Source of the DNA: Gemmatales bacterium
GTDB lineage: Bacteria; Planctomycetota; Planctomycetia; Gemmatales; HRBIN36
NCBI GenBank assembly: GCA_041640595.1
Contig: JBEPZY010000003.1
Location: 508,342-572,341 of the forward strand
Direction of reading: 5' to 3'
Length of the DNA: 64,000 nucleotides
Positions 41,101 to 51,480 of this stretch are shown piece after piece. The first letter of the stretch is position 1, and every line of letters begins with the position of its first letter. Below the pieces are notes generated by a model. That model searched no databases. It was not told the DNA's origin and was given only the letters and a program-made list of their open reading frames with translations. The position numbers were made by a program, and so were the translations under genes.

Positions 41101-44100
41101 ATGCGCCAATGGCTGCTCAACGTCTGGCGGATGTGTCTGGGTCTAGTCGAAGTGCCAGCCAAAGTGCGGCGGTCACGTGAACGAGCGCAGCTGCGCTTCG
41201 AGCAACTTGAAGATCGCACCGTGCCCGCTACGTTCCTGGTACGGGACATTCTTGGCGGCAGTTCCGGATCGGGTCCTACTGAGTTCGTCAACGTCAACGG
41301 CACGCTGTTTTTCGTAGCCGACGATGGCACAGGCACAAACGGGCACGGCAAAGAACTCTGGAAGAGCGATGGCACGTCCACCGGCACCGTGCTGGTCGCG
41401 GACATCCGGCCGGGCCCGGCTAGCTCCGGTCCTCGCTATCTCACCAACGTCAACGGCACGCTGTTTTTCGTAGCCGACGATGGCACAGGCACAAACGGGC
41501 ACGGCAAAGAACTCTGGAAGAGCGATGGCACGTCCACCGGCACCGTGCTGGTCAAGGACATCTATTCGGGCGCGTATAGCTCCAATCCCGACTGGCTCAC
41601 CAACGTCAACGGCACGCTGTTTTTCAGAGCCACGGAGGCCTTTTTCCTCACCGGCACCGAACTCTGGAAGAGCGATGGCACGTCCACCGGCACCGTGCTG
41701 GTCAAGGACATCCAGCCGTTCCCGTATGGCTCCTATCCTTCGCAGCTCACCAACGTCAACGGCACGCTGTTTTTCCAGGCCAACGACGGCACAAAGGGCT
41801 ACGAACTGTGGAAGAGCGATGGCACGTCCACCGGCACCGTGCTGGTCGCGGACATCCGGCCGGGCCCGGCTAGCTCCGGTCCTCGCTATCTCACCAACGT
41901 CAACGGCACGCTGTTTTTCGTCGCCAACGATGGCACCAACGGCATCGAACTCTGGAAGAGCGATGGCACGTCCACCGGCACCGTGCTGGTCGCGGACATC
42001 CGGCCGGGCGCGTATAGCTCCAATCCCGACTGGCTCACCAACGTCAACGGCACGCTGTTTTTCGCAGCCAACGATGGCACCAACGGCATCGAGCTCTGGA
42101 AGAGCGATGGCACGTCCAGCGGCACCGTGCTGGTCAAGGACATCCGGACCGACATTTCGTATTATGGCTCTTATGGCTCCGATCCTATCCGTCTCAGCAA
42201 CGTCAACGGCACGCTGTTTTTCGCAGCCAACGATGGCACCAACGGCACCGAGCTCTGGAAGAGCGATGGCACGTCCAGCGGCACCGTGCTGGTCAAGGAC
42301 ATCGATCCGAGCGCGTTTGGCTCCTATCCTGGCTATCTCACCAACGTCAACGGCACGCTGTTTTTCGTCGCCAATGATGGCACAAGCGGCACCGAGCTCT
42401 GGAAGAGCGATGGCACGTCCACCGGCACCGTGCTGGTCGCGGACATCCGGCCGGGCTCGCCTGGCTCCTTATTTTCTTATCCCTCTCTCACCAACGTCAA
42501 CGGCACGCTGTTTTTCGGGGCCGACGATGGCACGAACGGCGTGGAACTCTGGGCCACTGACGAATGGCCTCCGACGATTACCAGCGTGACGGGGCCGGCT
42601 CCCGGCACCTACATCGTCGGCCAGAACCTCGATTTCACGGTGGTGTTCAGCGAGGCGGTGGCAGTTACCGGCACGCCGCGGCTGGTGCTGACCATCGGCA
42701 GTACGACCCGCTACGCCACGTATCTGAGCGGCTCGGGTACGAGCACACTGGTCTTCCGCTACACGGTGCAATCGGGCGACCTGGACAGCGATGGCATTGC
42801 CGTTGCTTCACCGATTGACCTCAACGGTGGGACGATCAAGGATACCAACGGCAACGATGCGGTGCTGACTTTCACGCCGCCGAACACCAGTGGCGTGCTG
42901 GTGGACGGTGTGGCTCCGACGATTACCAGCGTGAGCGGCCCGGCTGCCGGCACGTACATCGTCGGGCAGAACCTCGATTTCACCGTGCAGTTCGACGACA
43001 CGGTGGTAGTGGACACGACTGGTGGTACGCCGCGGCTTGAACTGACCATCGGCAGCGCGACTCAATATGCCACGTATCTGAGCGGCTCGGGCACGAGCAC
43101 GCTGGTCTTCCGCTACACGGTGCAGGTGGGCGACCTGGACAGCGATGGCATTGCTGTTGCATCGCCGATTGACCTCAACGGCGGGACGATCAAGGATACC
43201 AACGGCAACGATGCGGTGCTGACTTTCACGCCGCCGAACACCAGTGGCGTGCTGGTGGACGGTGTGGCTCCGACGATTACCAGCGTTACGGGGCCGGCTG
43301 CCGCCACCTACATCGTCGGGCAGCACCTCGATTTCACCGTGCAGTTCAGTGAAGCGGTGGCAGTTACCGGTACGCCGCGGCTGGTGCTGACCATCGGCAG
43401 CACGACACGCTATGCCACCTACGTCTCCGGCAGCGGCTCGGCAAGTCTGCTCTTCCGCTACACGGTGCAAGCCGGTGATGAGGACACCGATGGCATTGCC
43501 GTTGCATCGCCGATTGACCTCAACGGCGGGACGATCAAAGATGTTCCGGGCAACGACGCGGGGCTGAGTTTCACGCCGCCCGACACCAGTGGCGTACTGG
43601 TGGTCCGTGTTCCCGCGATTACCAGCGTGACCGGGCCGGCTGCCGCCACCTACATCGTCGGGCAGGACCTCGATTTCACCGTGCAGTTCGACGAGACGGT
43701 GGTAGTGGACACGACCGGTGGCACGCCGCGGCTGCAACTGACTATCGGCAGCACCACTCGCTTTGCCATGTATGTTTCCGGCAGCGGTTCGGCGAATCTC
43801 GTGTTCCGCTACACGGTGCAATCGGACGACCTGGACAGCGATGGCATTGCCGTTGCATCGCCGATTGACCTCAACGGCGGGACGATCAAGGATACCAACG
43901 GCAACGATGCGGTGCTGAGTTTCACGCCGCCGGATACCAGTAGCGTGCTGGTGGACGGTGTGGCTCCGGCGATTACCAGCGTGACCGGGCCGGCTGCCGG
44001 CACCTACATCGTCGGGCAGCACCTCGATTTCACGGTGCTATTCAGCGACGTGGTGGCAGTTACCGGCACGCCGCGGCTGGTGCTGACCATCGGCAGCACG

Positions 44101-45369
44101 ACTCGCTTTGCCACGTATGTTTCCGGCAGCGGTTCGGCAAGTCTGCTGTTCCGCTACACGGTGCAATCGGGCGACCTGGACAGCGATGGCATTGCTGTTG
44201 CATCGCCGATTGACCTCAACGGCGGCACTATCCGAGACCTCCCGGGCAATAATGCAGTGCTGACTTTCACGCCGCCCGTTACCAGTGGCGTACTGGTGGA
44301 CGGTGTGGCTCCGGCGATTACCAGTGTAAGCGGGCCGGCTGCCGGCACCTACATCGTCGGCCAGCACCTCGATTTCACGGTGCTATTCAGCGACGTGGTG
44401 GCAGTTACCGGCACGCCGCGGCTGCAACTGACCATCGGCAGCACGACTGGCTTTGCCACGTATGTTTCCGGCAGCGGTTCGGCAAGTCTGCTGTTCCGCT
44501 ACACGGTGCAATCGGGCGACCTGGACAGCGATGGCATTGCCGTTGCATCGCCGATTGACCTCAACGGCGGGACGATCAAGGATACCAACGGCAACGATGC
44601 GGTGCTGAGTTTCACGCCGCCGAACACCAGTGGCGTGCTGGTGGACGGTGTGGCTCCGGCGGTTGTCCAGGTTACCCCGCCGGCGAATGGAGCTTACAGG
44701 GCCGGACAAGTGCTGGATGTGCTGGTCAGGTTCAGTGAGCCGGTCATCGTCGGTACGACGCCCAGTGCCAAGCCGTATGTGCGGTTGCGAATCGGCTCAG
44801 TCATCCGCAACGTCCCGCTCCACAGCCAGCCTAATGCCGTGACCCTGCGTTTCCGTTACACCGTGCAGACCGGCGACCTGGACACCGACGGCATCGAAAT
44901 CCTTTCGCCGGTCATCCGTCCCCCGGGCACGTTCATCCGCGACGCCAATGGGAACAATGCCATCACGACCTTCACCAATCCGAGCACGCCGAACGTGAAA
45001 GTGGATGCGGTGGCCCCGACGATTGTGCTGGTAACACCGCCGGCCAACGGGCATTACGTAACCGGCCAGGTGCTGGACATCCTGGTCAAATTCAGCGAAC
45101 CGGTCAATGTCGGTACCACCAGCACCGCCAAACCATTTATCCGGCTGCGTATCGGCAGTGTGATCCGCAATGCCGTTTTCCACAGCCAACCGAACTCGAC
45201 AACGCTGCGGTTCCGCTATGTGATTCAGCCCTCCGACCACGACACGAACGGGATAGAGATACTCTCGCCGATTATGCGGCCAGCGGGCACGTTCATCCGC
45301 GACCTGGCCGGCAACGACGCGATCGTGAGCTTCGTCCCGCCGAGCACGTCCGGCGTTCTGGTGAACTAG
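41101..45369 (+). CDS. Exported surface protein: LEPR-xLL-type motif, 9 ELWxxDGT repeats, 8 Ig-like repeats
   Basis: RBS AAAGGAG; LRFEQLEDRTVPA; nine NVNGTLFF..ELW units; eight units of about 115-119 aa containing FRY(T/V). Confidence 0.92.
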   Translation: MRQWLLNVWRMCLGLVEVPAKVRRSRERAQLRFEQLEDRTVPATFLVRDILGGSSGSGPTEFVNVNGTLFFVADDGTGTNGHGKELWKSDGTSTGTVLVADIRPGPASSGPRYLTNVNGTLFFVADDGTGTNGHGKELWKSDGTSTGTVLVKDIYSGAYSSNPDWLTNVNGTLFFRATEAFFLTGTELWKSDGTSTGTVLVKDIQPFPYGSYPSQLTNVNGTLFFQANDGTKGYELWKSDGTSTGTVLVADIRPGPASSGPRYLTNVNGTLFFVANDGTNGIELWKSDGTSTGTVLVADIRPGAYSSNPDWLTNVNGTLFFAANDGTNGIELWKSDGTSSGTVLVKDIRTDISYYGSYGSDPIRLSNVNGTLFFAANDGTNGTELWKSDGTSSGTVLVKDIDPSAFGSYPGYLTNVNGTLFFVANDGTSGTELWKSDGTSTGTVLVADIRPGSPGSLFSYPSLTNVNGTLFFGADDGTNGVELWATDEWPPTITSVTGPAPGTYIVGQNLDFTVVFSEAVAVTGTPRLVLTIGSTTRYATYLSGSGTSTLVFRYTVQSGDLDSDGIAVASPIDLNGGTIKDTNGNDAVLTFTPPNTSGVLVDGVAPTITSVSGPAAGTYIVGQNLDFTVQFDDTVVVDTTGGTPRLELTIGSATQYATYLSGSGTSTLVFRYTVQVGDLDSDGIAVASPIDLNGGTIKDTNGNDAVLTFTPPNTSGVLVDGVAPTITSVTGPAAATYIVGQHLDFTVQFSEAVAVTGTPRLVLTIGSTTRYATYVSGSGSASLLFRYTVQAGDEDTDGIAVASPIDLNGGTIKDVPGNDAGLSFTPPDTSGVLVVRVPAITSVTGPAAATYIVGQDLDFTVQFDETVVVDTTGGTPRLQLTIGSTTRFAMYVSGSGSANLVFRYTVQSDDLDSDGIAVASPIDLNGGTIKDTNGNDAVLSFTPPDTSSVLVDGVAPAITSVTGPAAGTYIVGQHLDFTVLFSDVVAVTGTPRLVLTIGSTTRFATYVSGSGSASLLFRYTVQSGDLDSDGIAVASPIDLNGGTIRDLPGNNAVLTFTPPVTSGVLVDGVAPAITSVSGPAAGTYIVGQHLDFTVLFSDVVAVTGTPRLQLTIGSTTGFATYVSGSGSASLLFRYTVQSGDLDSDGIAVASPIDLNGGTIKDTNGNDAVLSFTPPNTSGVLVDGVAPAVVQVTPPANGAYRAGQVLDVLVRFSEPVIVGTTPSAKPYVRLRIGSVIRNVPLHSQPNAVTLRFRYTVQTGDLDTDGIEILSPVIRPPGTFIRDANGNNAITTFTNPSTPNVKVDAVAPTIVLVTPPANGHYVTGQVLDILVKFSEPVNVGTTSTAKPFIRLRIGSVIRNAVFHSQPNSTTLRFRYVIQPSDHDTNGIEILSPIMRPAGTFIRDLAGNDAIVSFVPPSTSGVLVN

Positions 45370-45534
45370 CGAACCGATTGAGGGCTTAGCCAGACGTCGT
45401 ACATCCACGCCGCGCCTGCATTGGCGCTGGATACAACCCCGTGGTCTGGCGCCGCGGATGATTCACTTCTTATAGCTCTGCGGACAATTCGCCTTTTGTG
45501 ACTCACGGCCGCCTTGCCGGCGTCCGTGTCGTAC

Positions 45535-45818
45535 CACGGCGGGCTGACGTATGCCGCTCTTTTTCCTGCGGCGCATGGTCGCCGAACAGTGTGTGATTTC
45601 CGCGGCACAGCGCTCGGTTCAGCGAACCACGGCTGGCTGACGCCCGCCGCTCCTGGTTGTCGGCTCGGTCGCCTCCGAACAATGCTACTGCGCTTAGCAC
45701 ACATCGTACGTATCACACACCACGGGCGCGACCGGACCTCCGGTAAACGGCGGAGGTAACTGGCGCTTAGCGCACATCGTTCGTATCACAAAACACGGCG
45801 GATTAACGTCGGCCGCTC
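45535..45818. repeat. REP-like cluster
   Basis: Copies at 45535, 45628, 45721 (degenerate) and 45794; spacer block GCGCTTAGC.CACATCGT.CGTATCACA duplicated at 45690 and 45763. Confidence 0.8.
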
Positions 45819-46130
45819 ACGGTTGGCGCGGTCGGTTTCGCCCATGCGCGGTGCGTGGCTGTCGCTGGTTGGCTAGCTGACACTGGTCGATCGCGGTTGT
45901 CGCGGTCGGTACCGCCGATGCGCCGTGCGTGGCTGTCCCTGGTTGGCTAGCTGACACTGGTCGCTCACGGTTGTTGCGGTTGGTACCGCCGATGCGCCGT
46001 GCACGGCTGTCGCTGGTTGGCTAGCTGACACTGGTCGATCGCGGTTGTTGCGGTTGGTTTCGCCCATGCGCCGTGCGCGACTGTAGCCGCTTGGCTAGCT
46101 GAGACTGGTCGCTGCAGGTTGGCGCGGCCG
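45813..46130. repeat. 74-bp tandem repeat, about 4.3 copies
   Basis: GGCTAGCTGA at 45871, 45945, 46019 and 46093. Confidence 0.92.
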
Positions 46131-46212
46131 GTTCCGTGGTGGTCGAGCCGGAAATCAGTGTGGCCAGTACAATAATTGTCGTGGCAGCGAAAGGAGCCGG
46201 CGAGACGAATCC

Positions 46213-47043
46213 ATGAGCCGACCTGCGGTTGATTCTTCTGTCTCCAGCAGCCGAACGCGCGCCATGACTGTCCCGGAATTTGTGGCGGCAAAGGCACGGG
46301 GCCAGCGTTTGGTGCTGGTGACGGCTTACGATTACACGCAAGCGCGGCTGGTGGATGAAGCGGGTGTGGACGCGGTGCTGGTCGGCGATTCCCTGGGCAT
46401 GGTGGTGCAGGGATTGCCCGACGTGCTGGGCGTCACGCTCGAGGAAATGATCTACCACACGCGGTGCGTATCCCGCGGCCTGAAACGTGCCTTACTGATT
46501 GCGGACATGCCCTTCCTGACGTATCAGGTGAGTCCGGAGCAAGCGGTGCTCAATGCCGGGCGATTGATCAAAGAAGGAGGAGCCCACGCGGTGAAACTGG
46601 AAGGCGGGGTGCGCAGCCGGGAAACCATCGCCGCGCTGGTGCGAGCGGATATTCCGGTGATGGGGCACATTGGTCTGACGCCACAATCGGTGCGACGGTT
46701 AGGTGGATTTCGCGTGCAACGCAGCCGCGAACAGCTTTTGCAAGATGCACAAGCTGTGGTGGAGGCGGGGGCGTTTGCCGTGGTGATCGAATGCGTCCCC
46801 TCCGACATTGCCAGCGCCATTACCGCCAGCGTCCCCGTGCCTACCATCGGAATCGGTGCGGGTGCCGGTTGCGACGGACAAATTTTGGTGTTACATGATC
46901 TACTGGGTCTGTATCCGGACCTGCGGCCGCGCTTCGTCAAGCGGTACGGTGAACTGGGCGAGCAAACGATTGCCGCAGTTCGCCGTTTCGCCGAAGAGGT
47001 GCGCCAGGGAACTTTTCCGTCGCCCGAATACGAGGTGAAATGA
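46213..47043 (+). CDS. panB: 3-methyl-2-oxobutanoate hydroxymethyltransferase
   Basis: TAYDY, LVGDSLGMV, ADMPF, VKLEGG, GHIGLTPQS, GIGAG.CDGQILV. Confidence 0.97.
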   Translation: MSRPAVDSSVSSSRTRAMTVPEFVAAKARGQRLVLVTAYDYTQARLVDEAGVDAVLVGDSLGMVVQGLPDVLGVTLEEMIYHTRCVSRGLKRALLIADMPFLTYQVSPEQAVLNAGRLIKEGGAHAVKLEGGVRSRETIAALVRADIPVMGHIGLTPQSVRRLGGFRVQRSREQLLQDAQAVVEAGAFAVVIECVPSDIASAITASVPVPTIGIGAGAGCDGQILVLHDLLGLYPDLRPRFVKRYGELGEQTIAAVRRFAEEVRQGTFPSPEYEVK

Positions 47044-47126
47044 AATCCCGCTGAGTCTGCCCGAATCGCTAGAACATTAATGCGACAAGGGGCTACGCCT
47101 GCCATCAACTGTGAGGCTATAGCATC

Positions 47127-47675
47127 ATGCGTATTGCTTTAGGCAGTGACCATCGCGGCTACGAGAAACGGCTGCGGATTCTCGAGTACCTGCGTACCGG
47201 CGGACACGAGGTTCTGGATCTCGGTGTCTTTGTGCGGGAAGCCTGCGACTATCCCGATTTCGCCTTCGAGGTGGCGCTGGCAGTCAGTCAGGGCCGGGCC
47301 GATCGCGGCATCCTGGTATGCGGCACGGGTATCGGTATGTGCATCGCGGCCAATAAGGTTCCGGGCGTGCGGGCTGCACTGTGCTACGACGTGATCACCG
47401 CCGAAATGAGCCGACGTCATAACGACGCCAACATCCTTTGCCTGTCCGGCGACCTGCTCGGCGACGAAGTCGTGCAGCGGATGGTCAAGGTCTGGCTGGA
47501 AACGGAGTTTGAAGGGGGCAGACACAGCCGACGTCTGGAAAAAATCGCCCGCTTTGAAAGCGCCCACTTGTCGCCCGCCAGTCCGGGAAACCCACCCAAT
47601 TCCCAGTACACAAACGGCCCGACTCAGCCGCACCGCTGGCCCAAGGATATCCGACCGGCTATTCCGCCAGAATAA
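47127..47675 (+). CDS. rpiB: Ribose 5-phosphate isomerase B
   Basis: GSDH.G, DYPD, CGTGIGM.IAANKVPGVRAA, HNDAN, FEGGRH.RR. Confidence 0.95.
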   Translation: MRIALGSDHRGYEKRLRILEYLRTGGHEVLDLGVFVREACDYPDFAFEVALAVSQGRADRGILVCGTGIGMCIAANKVPGVRAALCYDVITAEMSRRHNDANILCLSGDLLGDEVVQRMVKVWLETEFEGGRHSRRLEKIARFESAHLSPASPGNPPNSQYTNGPTQPHRWPKDIRPAIPPE

Positions 47676-47704
47676 CCCCCATACTGATGCCGGTCCTCCC
47701 GCGT

Positions 47705-47790
47705 CCCCAATCCCTGATTCCGAACCTCTAATCCTTGGTTCCCTGATGCCCGATTCCCAATCTCCCTAATTGCTGATGCCCGATTCCTGA
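47705..47790. repeat. Short heptamer-like array (CCCGATT/CCTGATG/CCCAATC) between convergent genes
   Basis: CCCTGATGCCCGATTCCCAATC...CTGATGCCCGATTCC. Confidence 0.6.
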
Positions 47791-47807
47791 GCTCCAACCA
47801 CGCCCGC

Positions 47808-49745
47808 TCAATAGTCCAGAATCAGCAGCCGGTCTAAACACACGCGATAAATTCGGTTCGGCACCCCAACCATCCACCAGGCCGACGGAAGATTGTCCAC
47901 CAGGCCTAGACAGGTCGGCGGCTGCTGAGTATTGCTCACATCGTAAATGCCAATCTTGCGGTGATAGCTCCCCACGAAGAGCCGGTTGCCGTCACTCCAG
48001 ACCTGGCAATAATGGCCGGTGAGGTGCAAGTCCTTCTCCGGATCGAAGCGGCGGACGATACGCGGATTTTGAGGATTGGAGACATCCACTTCGACGACCA
48101 GTCCGCGAGGCCGTCGGCCATCTGCTCGTTCTGCCCAGCCCAGGTACAGGTGTTTGTCCAGGAAAGCCATGCTGATGACGCGATGCCCGAGTGGCAAAGC
48201 CAGCTGGCCGAGCAACTCCGGCTTCTCCGGCTCGGCCAGGCGGATGACGTAGAGCCGACCCTGACCATCGCTGTCGGCAAATTGCCCCAAATAGAGATAC
48301 CCGTCGCGGTAGGCGATCTGGTAACCGCTGGCCGGTAACCGCTGGCTGAGCTTCCGCGGTTGATCGGATTGACGCACGTCGAAAATGTCGCCGCCGCTGC
48401 TGTACAAATAGTTCCCCACACGCACTAAGCCGTAGGCACGACTCACATCGGGAACGACGCTGACCAGCCGGGGTTTGCTCGGCTCTTGAATATCCAGGGT
48501 GAACAATGCACTGAAACCTGGACGGGGACGCGAAATGTCAGCCTGGAAATAAACGTAGCGCTCGTCGGCGCTGCTGGCCATTTGTCCCCATACCCGCAAG
48601 CCGTGATGGAAATAGCCCAGAAGCTGCGGTTTTGCAGCCTCGCGGATGTCCACCAGGAAAACGCTGCCTGAGAGATTCTGCCCCAGGGCCAGCAAACGCC
48701 GTTTCGGCAACAGCACCGCCGCCGACAATTCTCCACCCTGGCGATCACCGGCCACGAGCTGGATTCGTTTCGGCTCGCGGGCATCGAACACTCGTAACCC
48801 GAACGCGGCATCGCTGGCGAAAACGTAACCGTCTTTGCAAGCGAGAGTGGTGATATCCGAAATAGCATCTTCCACCCAGGCATGTCCGAGCAGACGCGGA
48901 TTCCGCCAGTCCCGCACGTCCAAAACAGCCACTCCGGTCTGCGCCTGCTCGAAAGGTCCCCGCCCGAATAACCGGGGGAGATCGCGGCGAATCCCCACGT
49001 AAAGCCGATCCCCTTCCATCGCCACGGCTGAACCACGCAAGGCAAATGGCCAATCGTCCTGCTGCATCACTCGGCCGACGAGTTTCGGCTTCGCGGGTTC
49101 CGTGACGTCGTAAACCTGAACGGCAGCCGCTTTGCCAGCTACAAAAAGCCATTTCCCGTCCAGAGCTACGGGCACGCCGTGTTCGAGCTCGGCTAACAGT
49201 TTGGGATTCTGCGGCTGAGCGATGTCATAAATAGCCGTCGTTTGCCGCTCCGTACCATAGTAAAGCACGTTCTCCCAGGCACAACTGATGTAGGTGAAAT
49301 TGGGATGAACACGGAAAGTTTGCCGGCTGACGTGGCGTAACGGCGGTCCAATGCTGGCATCGGTGACCAATTTCGGATGAGCTGGGTCGCGGAGGTCGAA
49401 AAATCCTTCGCCATTGCCATGCACCGTCCAGAGCCAGCCCGGAGCGATGAGGCGGCAACGCATTGGCCAGCCCGGTGCCGGTAAATGGCGCACCACCCGA
49501 GGCTCGCTCGGTTTGCCAATGTCGTACACCACCAGCGGGTGGGTGCTTTCGTTGAGCACCAGATACAAATAGTCGCCATGCCGGGCCAGTCCGGAAGCAT
49601 TGCCGTTAACCAGAAACACCTCGCCGCGCTGCTGGAAAACAATTTGCCCAGGGCCCTTCTGATCGCCAATCGCCAGGCAGCAGGCCGCCAGGCTTACGGT
49701 CAGCACGACCGTTACGCTCTGCACAATCCGCCTGAACATACGCAT
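47808..49745 (-). CDS. LVIVD-repeat beta-propeller secreted protein
   Basis: Recurring YLY..LVVYDI..PS.P units; signal peptide; RBS GGAGG. Confidence 0.8.
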   Translation of the reverse strand: MRMFRRIVQSVTVVLTVSLAACCLAIGDQKGPGQIVFQQRGEVFLVNGNASGLARHGDYLYLVLNESTHPLVVYDIGKPSEPRVVRHLPAPGWPMRCRLIAPGWLWTVHGNGEGFFDLRDPAHPKLVTDASIGPPLRHVSRQTFRVHPNFTYISCAWENVLYYGTERQTTAIYDIAQPQNPKLLAELEHGVPVALDGKWLFVAGKAAAVQVYDVTEPAKPKLVGRVMQQDDWPFALRGSAVAMEGDRLYVGIRRDLPRLFGRGPFEQAQTGVAVLDVRDWRNPRLLGHAWVEDAISDITTLACKDGYVFASDAAFGLRVFDAREPKRIQLVAGDRQGGELSAAVLLPKRRLLALGQNLSGSVFLVDIREAAKPQLLGYFHHGLRVWGQMASSADERYVYFQADISRPRPGFSALFTLDIQEPSKPRLVSVVPDVSRAYGLVRVGNYLYSSGGDIFDVRQSDQPRKLSQRLPASGYQIAYRDGYLYLGQFADSDGQGRLYVIRLAEPEKPELLGQLALPLGHRVISMAFLDKHLYLGWAERADGRRPRGLVVEVDVSNPQNPRIVRRFDPEKDLHLTGHYCQVWSDGNRLFVGSYHRKIGIYDVSNTQQPPTCLGLVDNLPSAWWMVGVPNRIYRVCLDRLLILDY

Positions 49746-49932
49746 ACCTCCATCGCCGATGCAGGTTTCCCGAAGTTAGAGTGCGGACGGAGCGAAAAAG
49801 TTCCAGACCCGGCTGAGGTTTTGCCGATACGGTTTCCAGTTACCTGATCGCTGGTGGCCAGGGTCAGCGTCCATAGCAGGGAGTACCTCGCCCTTTCGGC
49901 AGGACTGGCCCGAGGCTTTCACGGAGGGAAGC

Positions 49933-50154
49933 ATGCCAACCTATTTACGCATTTATCCCCATCGCCGCGACGAACACCAGGCGGTTCAGGAACCTTCCGT
50001 GCGTGTGCGTCTGGGCGATCTTTTCCCGCTACTGGTGCAGGCCCACCGAGGCAACTATCTCTGGCTCAACGATTTCGAGGACGACGAGGTCATCATTACT
50101 CCCGACCTGTACGATGTGCTGCGGGCCTTCCGCGCCTATCGTCCCTCGGCGTAA
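49933..50154 (+). CDS. Small hypothetical protein (73 aa)
   Basis: RBS GGAGG; typical codon usage; WLNDFEDDEV.I..DLY.VL motif recalled from planctomycete hypothetical proteins. Confidence 0.65.
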   Translation: MPTYLRIYPHRRDEHQAVQEPSVRVRLGDLFPLLVQAHRGNYLWLNDFEDDEVIITPDLYDVLRAFRAYRPSA

Positions 50155-50193
50155 TGCTGGCGGCCCGGTTTCCCAACTGCGTACAATGTTGGT

Positions 50194-51441
50194 GTGCTGC
50201 TTGGGCCATCCTGTGGTGAGTATTTGCGGGCAAGTTACTCAGTCGAGCCGGGTGATGATCGCTGCGCTGGGCCACGCTGGTACTGGCCCCGCAGTGTTTA
50301 CATCCACATTCCCTTCTGCGCCCACCACTGCTGCTACTGCGATTTTGCCGTAGTCACCGGTGCAGTACGGTTCGTGGATGCCTATCTGGATGCGTTGGAA
50401 CGCGAAATCGCCCTGACGCTCCCGGAGCCGGTTTGGGTCGAAACGATTTATATCGGCGGCGGCACGCCTTCGTTTCTGACCACAAAACAACTGAGCCGTT
50501 TACTGGCGATAGTCCAGCGCTACTTCCGTTTCCATCGGCAAGAAGTCGAATATACCCTCGAAGCGAACCCGACAGATGTGAGCGACGAAAAGTTGCAGCT
50601 TCTGGCTGATTATGGCGTGAACCGTCTCAGTCTGGGTGCGCAGTCGTTTGATGCGGACACGCTCCGCTTCCTGGAACGCAATCACACACCGGCCACCATC
50701 GAGAAAGCGGTGAGCCTGGCGCTGCAGTATATTCCGAATGTATCGCTGGACCTGATTTTCGCAGTGCCCGGTCAGAACCTGGAAAAATGGCAGCGCGATC
50801 TGCAGCAAGCCCTGGCACTGGGCGTGCATCATCTGTCCGCTTACAGCCTGACTGTCGAACCCCGCACGGCATTGTGGACGCGAATCCAGCGTGGCCTGGT
50901 TCCACCGCCTGACCAGGAAAGCGACCGCGAGCTTTACGCCTACACCATCGAAGCGCTGTCCTCGGCGGGGTGGGAACATTACGAGATTTCCAACTTTGCC
51001 CGGTCCGGTTTTCAATCCCGACACAATCTGGTTTACTGGGCCGGGGAGGCCTATTTCGGATTCGGTCTGGGGGCCGCGCGGTATGTGTGTGGCACGCGGC
51101 AAACCAATACCCGCTCCTTCCGGCAATACCTGGAAGCCCTGGCGAATAATTTCCTCCCGGTTGCTGAAAGCGAAACACTCCGTCCGCGCGAACGGGCCGT
51201 CGAGACCGCGGCGTTGCAATTACGCCGACGCTCGGGTATCGCCGCAGACCAGTTCGAGATTCAAACCGGATTCTCGCTGTGGAGTTTGCTGGGACGGGTC
51301 ATCGATCGCTACCAGGCCCGCGGCTGGCTTGAAGCGGACGGTAAAACGGTGCGGCTGACGGCGGAAGGGATTTTCTACGCCGACCAGATTTGCGCCGATT
51401 GCATTGCCGCTGGACTCACACCCTCGCGGAACCCGTCATGA
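50194..51441 (+). CDS. hemW: Radical SAM heme chaperone HemW (start uncertain)
   Basis: YIHIPFC..HC.YCDF, GGGTPS, YEISNFA, HNLVYW (HemW-type HNxxYW). Confidence 0.92.
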   Translation: MLLGPSCGEYLRASYSVEPGDDRCAGPRWYWPRSVYIHIPFCAHHCCYCDFAVVTGAVRFVDAYLDALEREIALTLPEPVWVETIYIGGGTPSFLTTKQLSRLLAIVQRYFRFHRQEVEYTLEANPTDVSDEKLQLLADYGVNRLSLGAQSFDADTLRFLERNHTPATIEKAVSLALQYIPNVSLDLIFAVPGQNLEKWQRDLQQALALGVHHLSAYSLTVEPRTALWTRIQRGLVPPPDQESDRELYAYTIEALSSAGWEHYEISNFARSGFQSRHNLVYWAGEAYFGFGLGAARYVCGTRQTNTRSFRQYLEALANNFLPVAESETLRPRERAVETAALQLRRRSGIAADQFEIQTGFSLWSLLGRVIDRYQARGWLEADGKTVRLTAEGIFYADQICADCIAAGLTPSRNPS

Positions 51442-51480
51442 TTGGGCCAGACGAAAGCGTGCTCATCTCGGCAAGCGGGA

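Noticed and set aside
41245..42565. Diversity-generating retroelement acting on the ELWxxDGT loops
   Set aside because: No reverse transcriptase or template repeat in the window; differences include indels and are not adenine-specific.
45813..46130. CRISPR interpretation of the 74-bp array (and the 72-bp array at 52.5 kb)
   Set aside because: Whole units are near-identical; there are no unique spacers.
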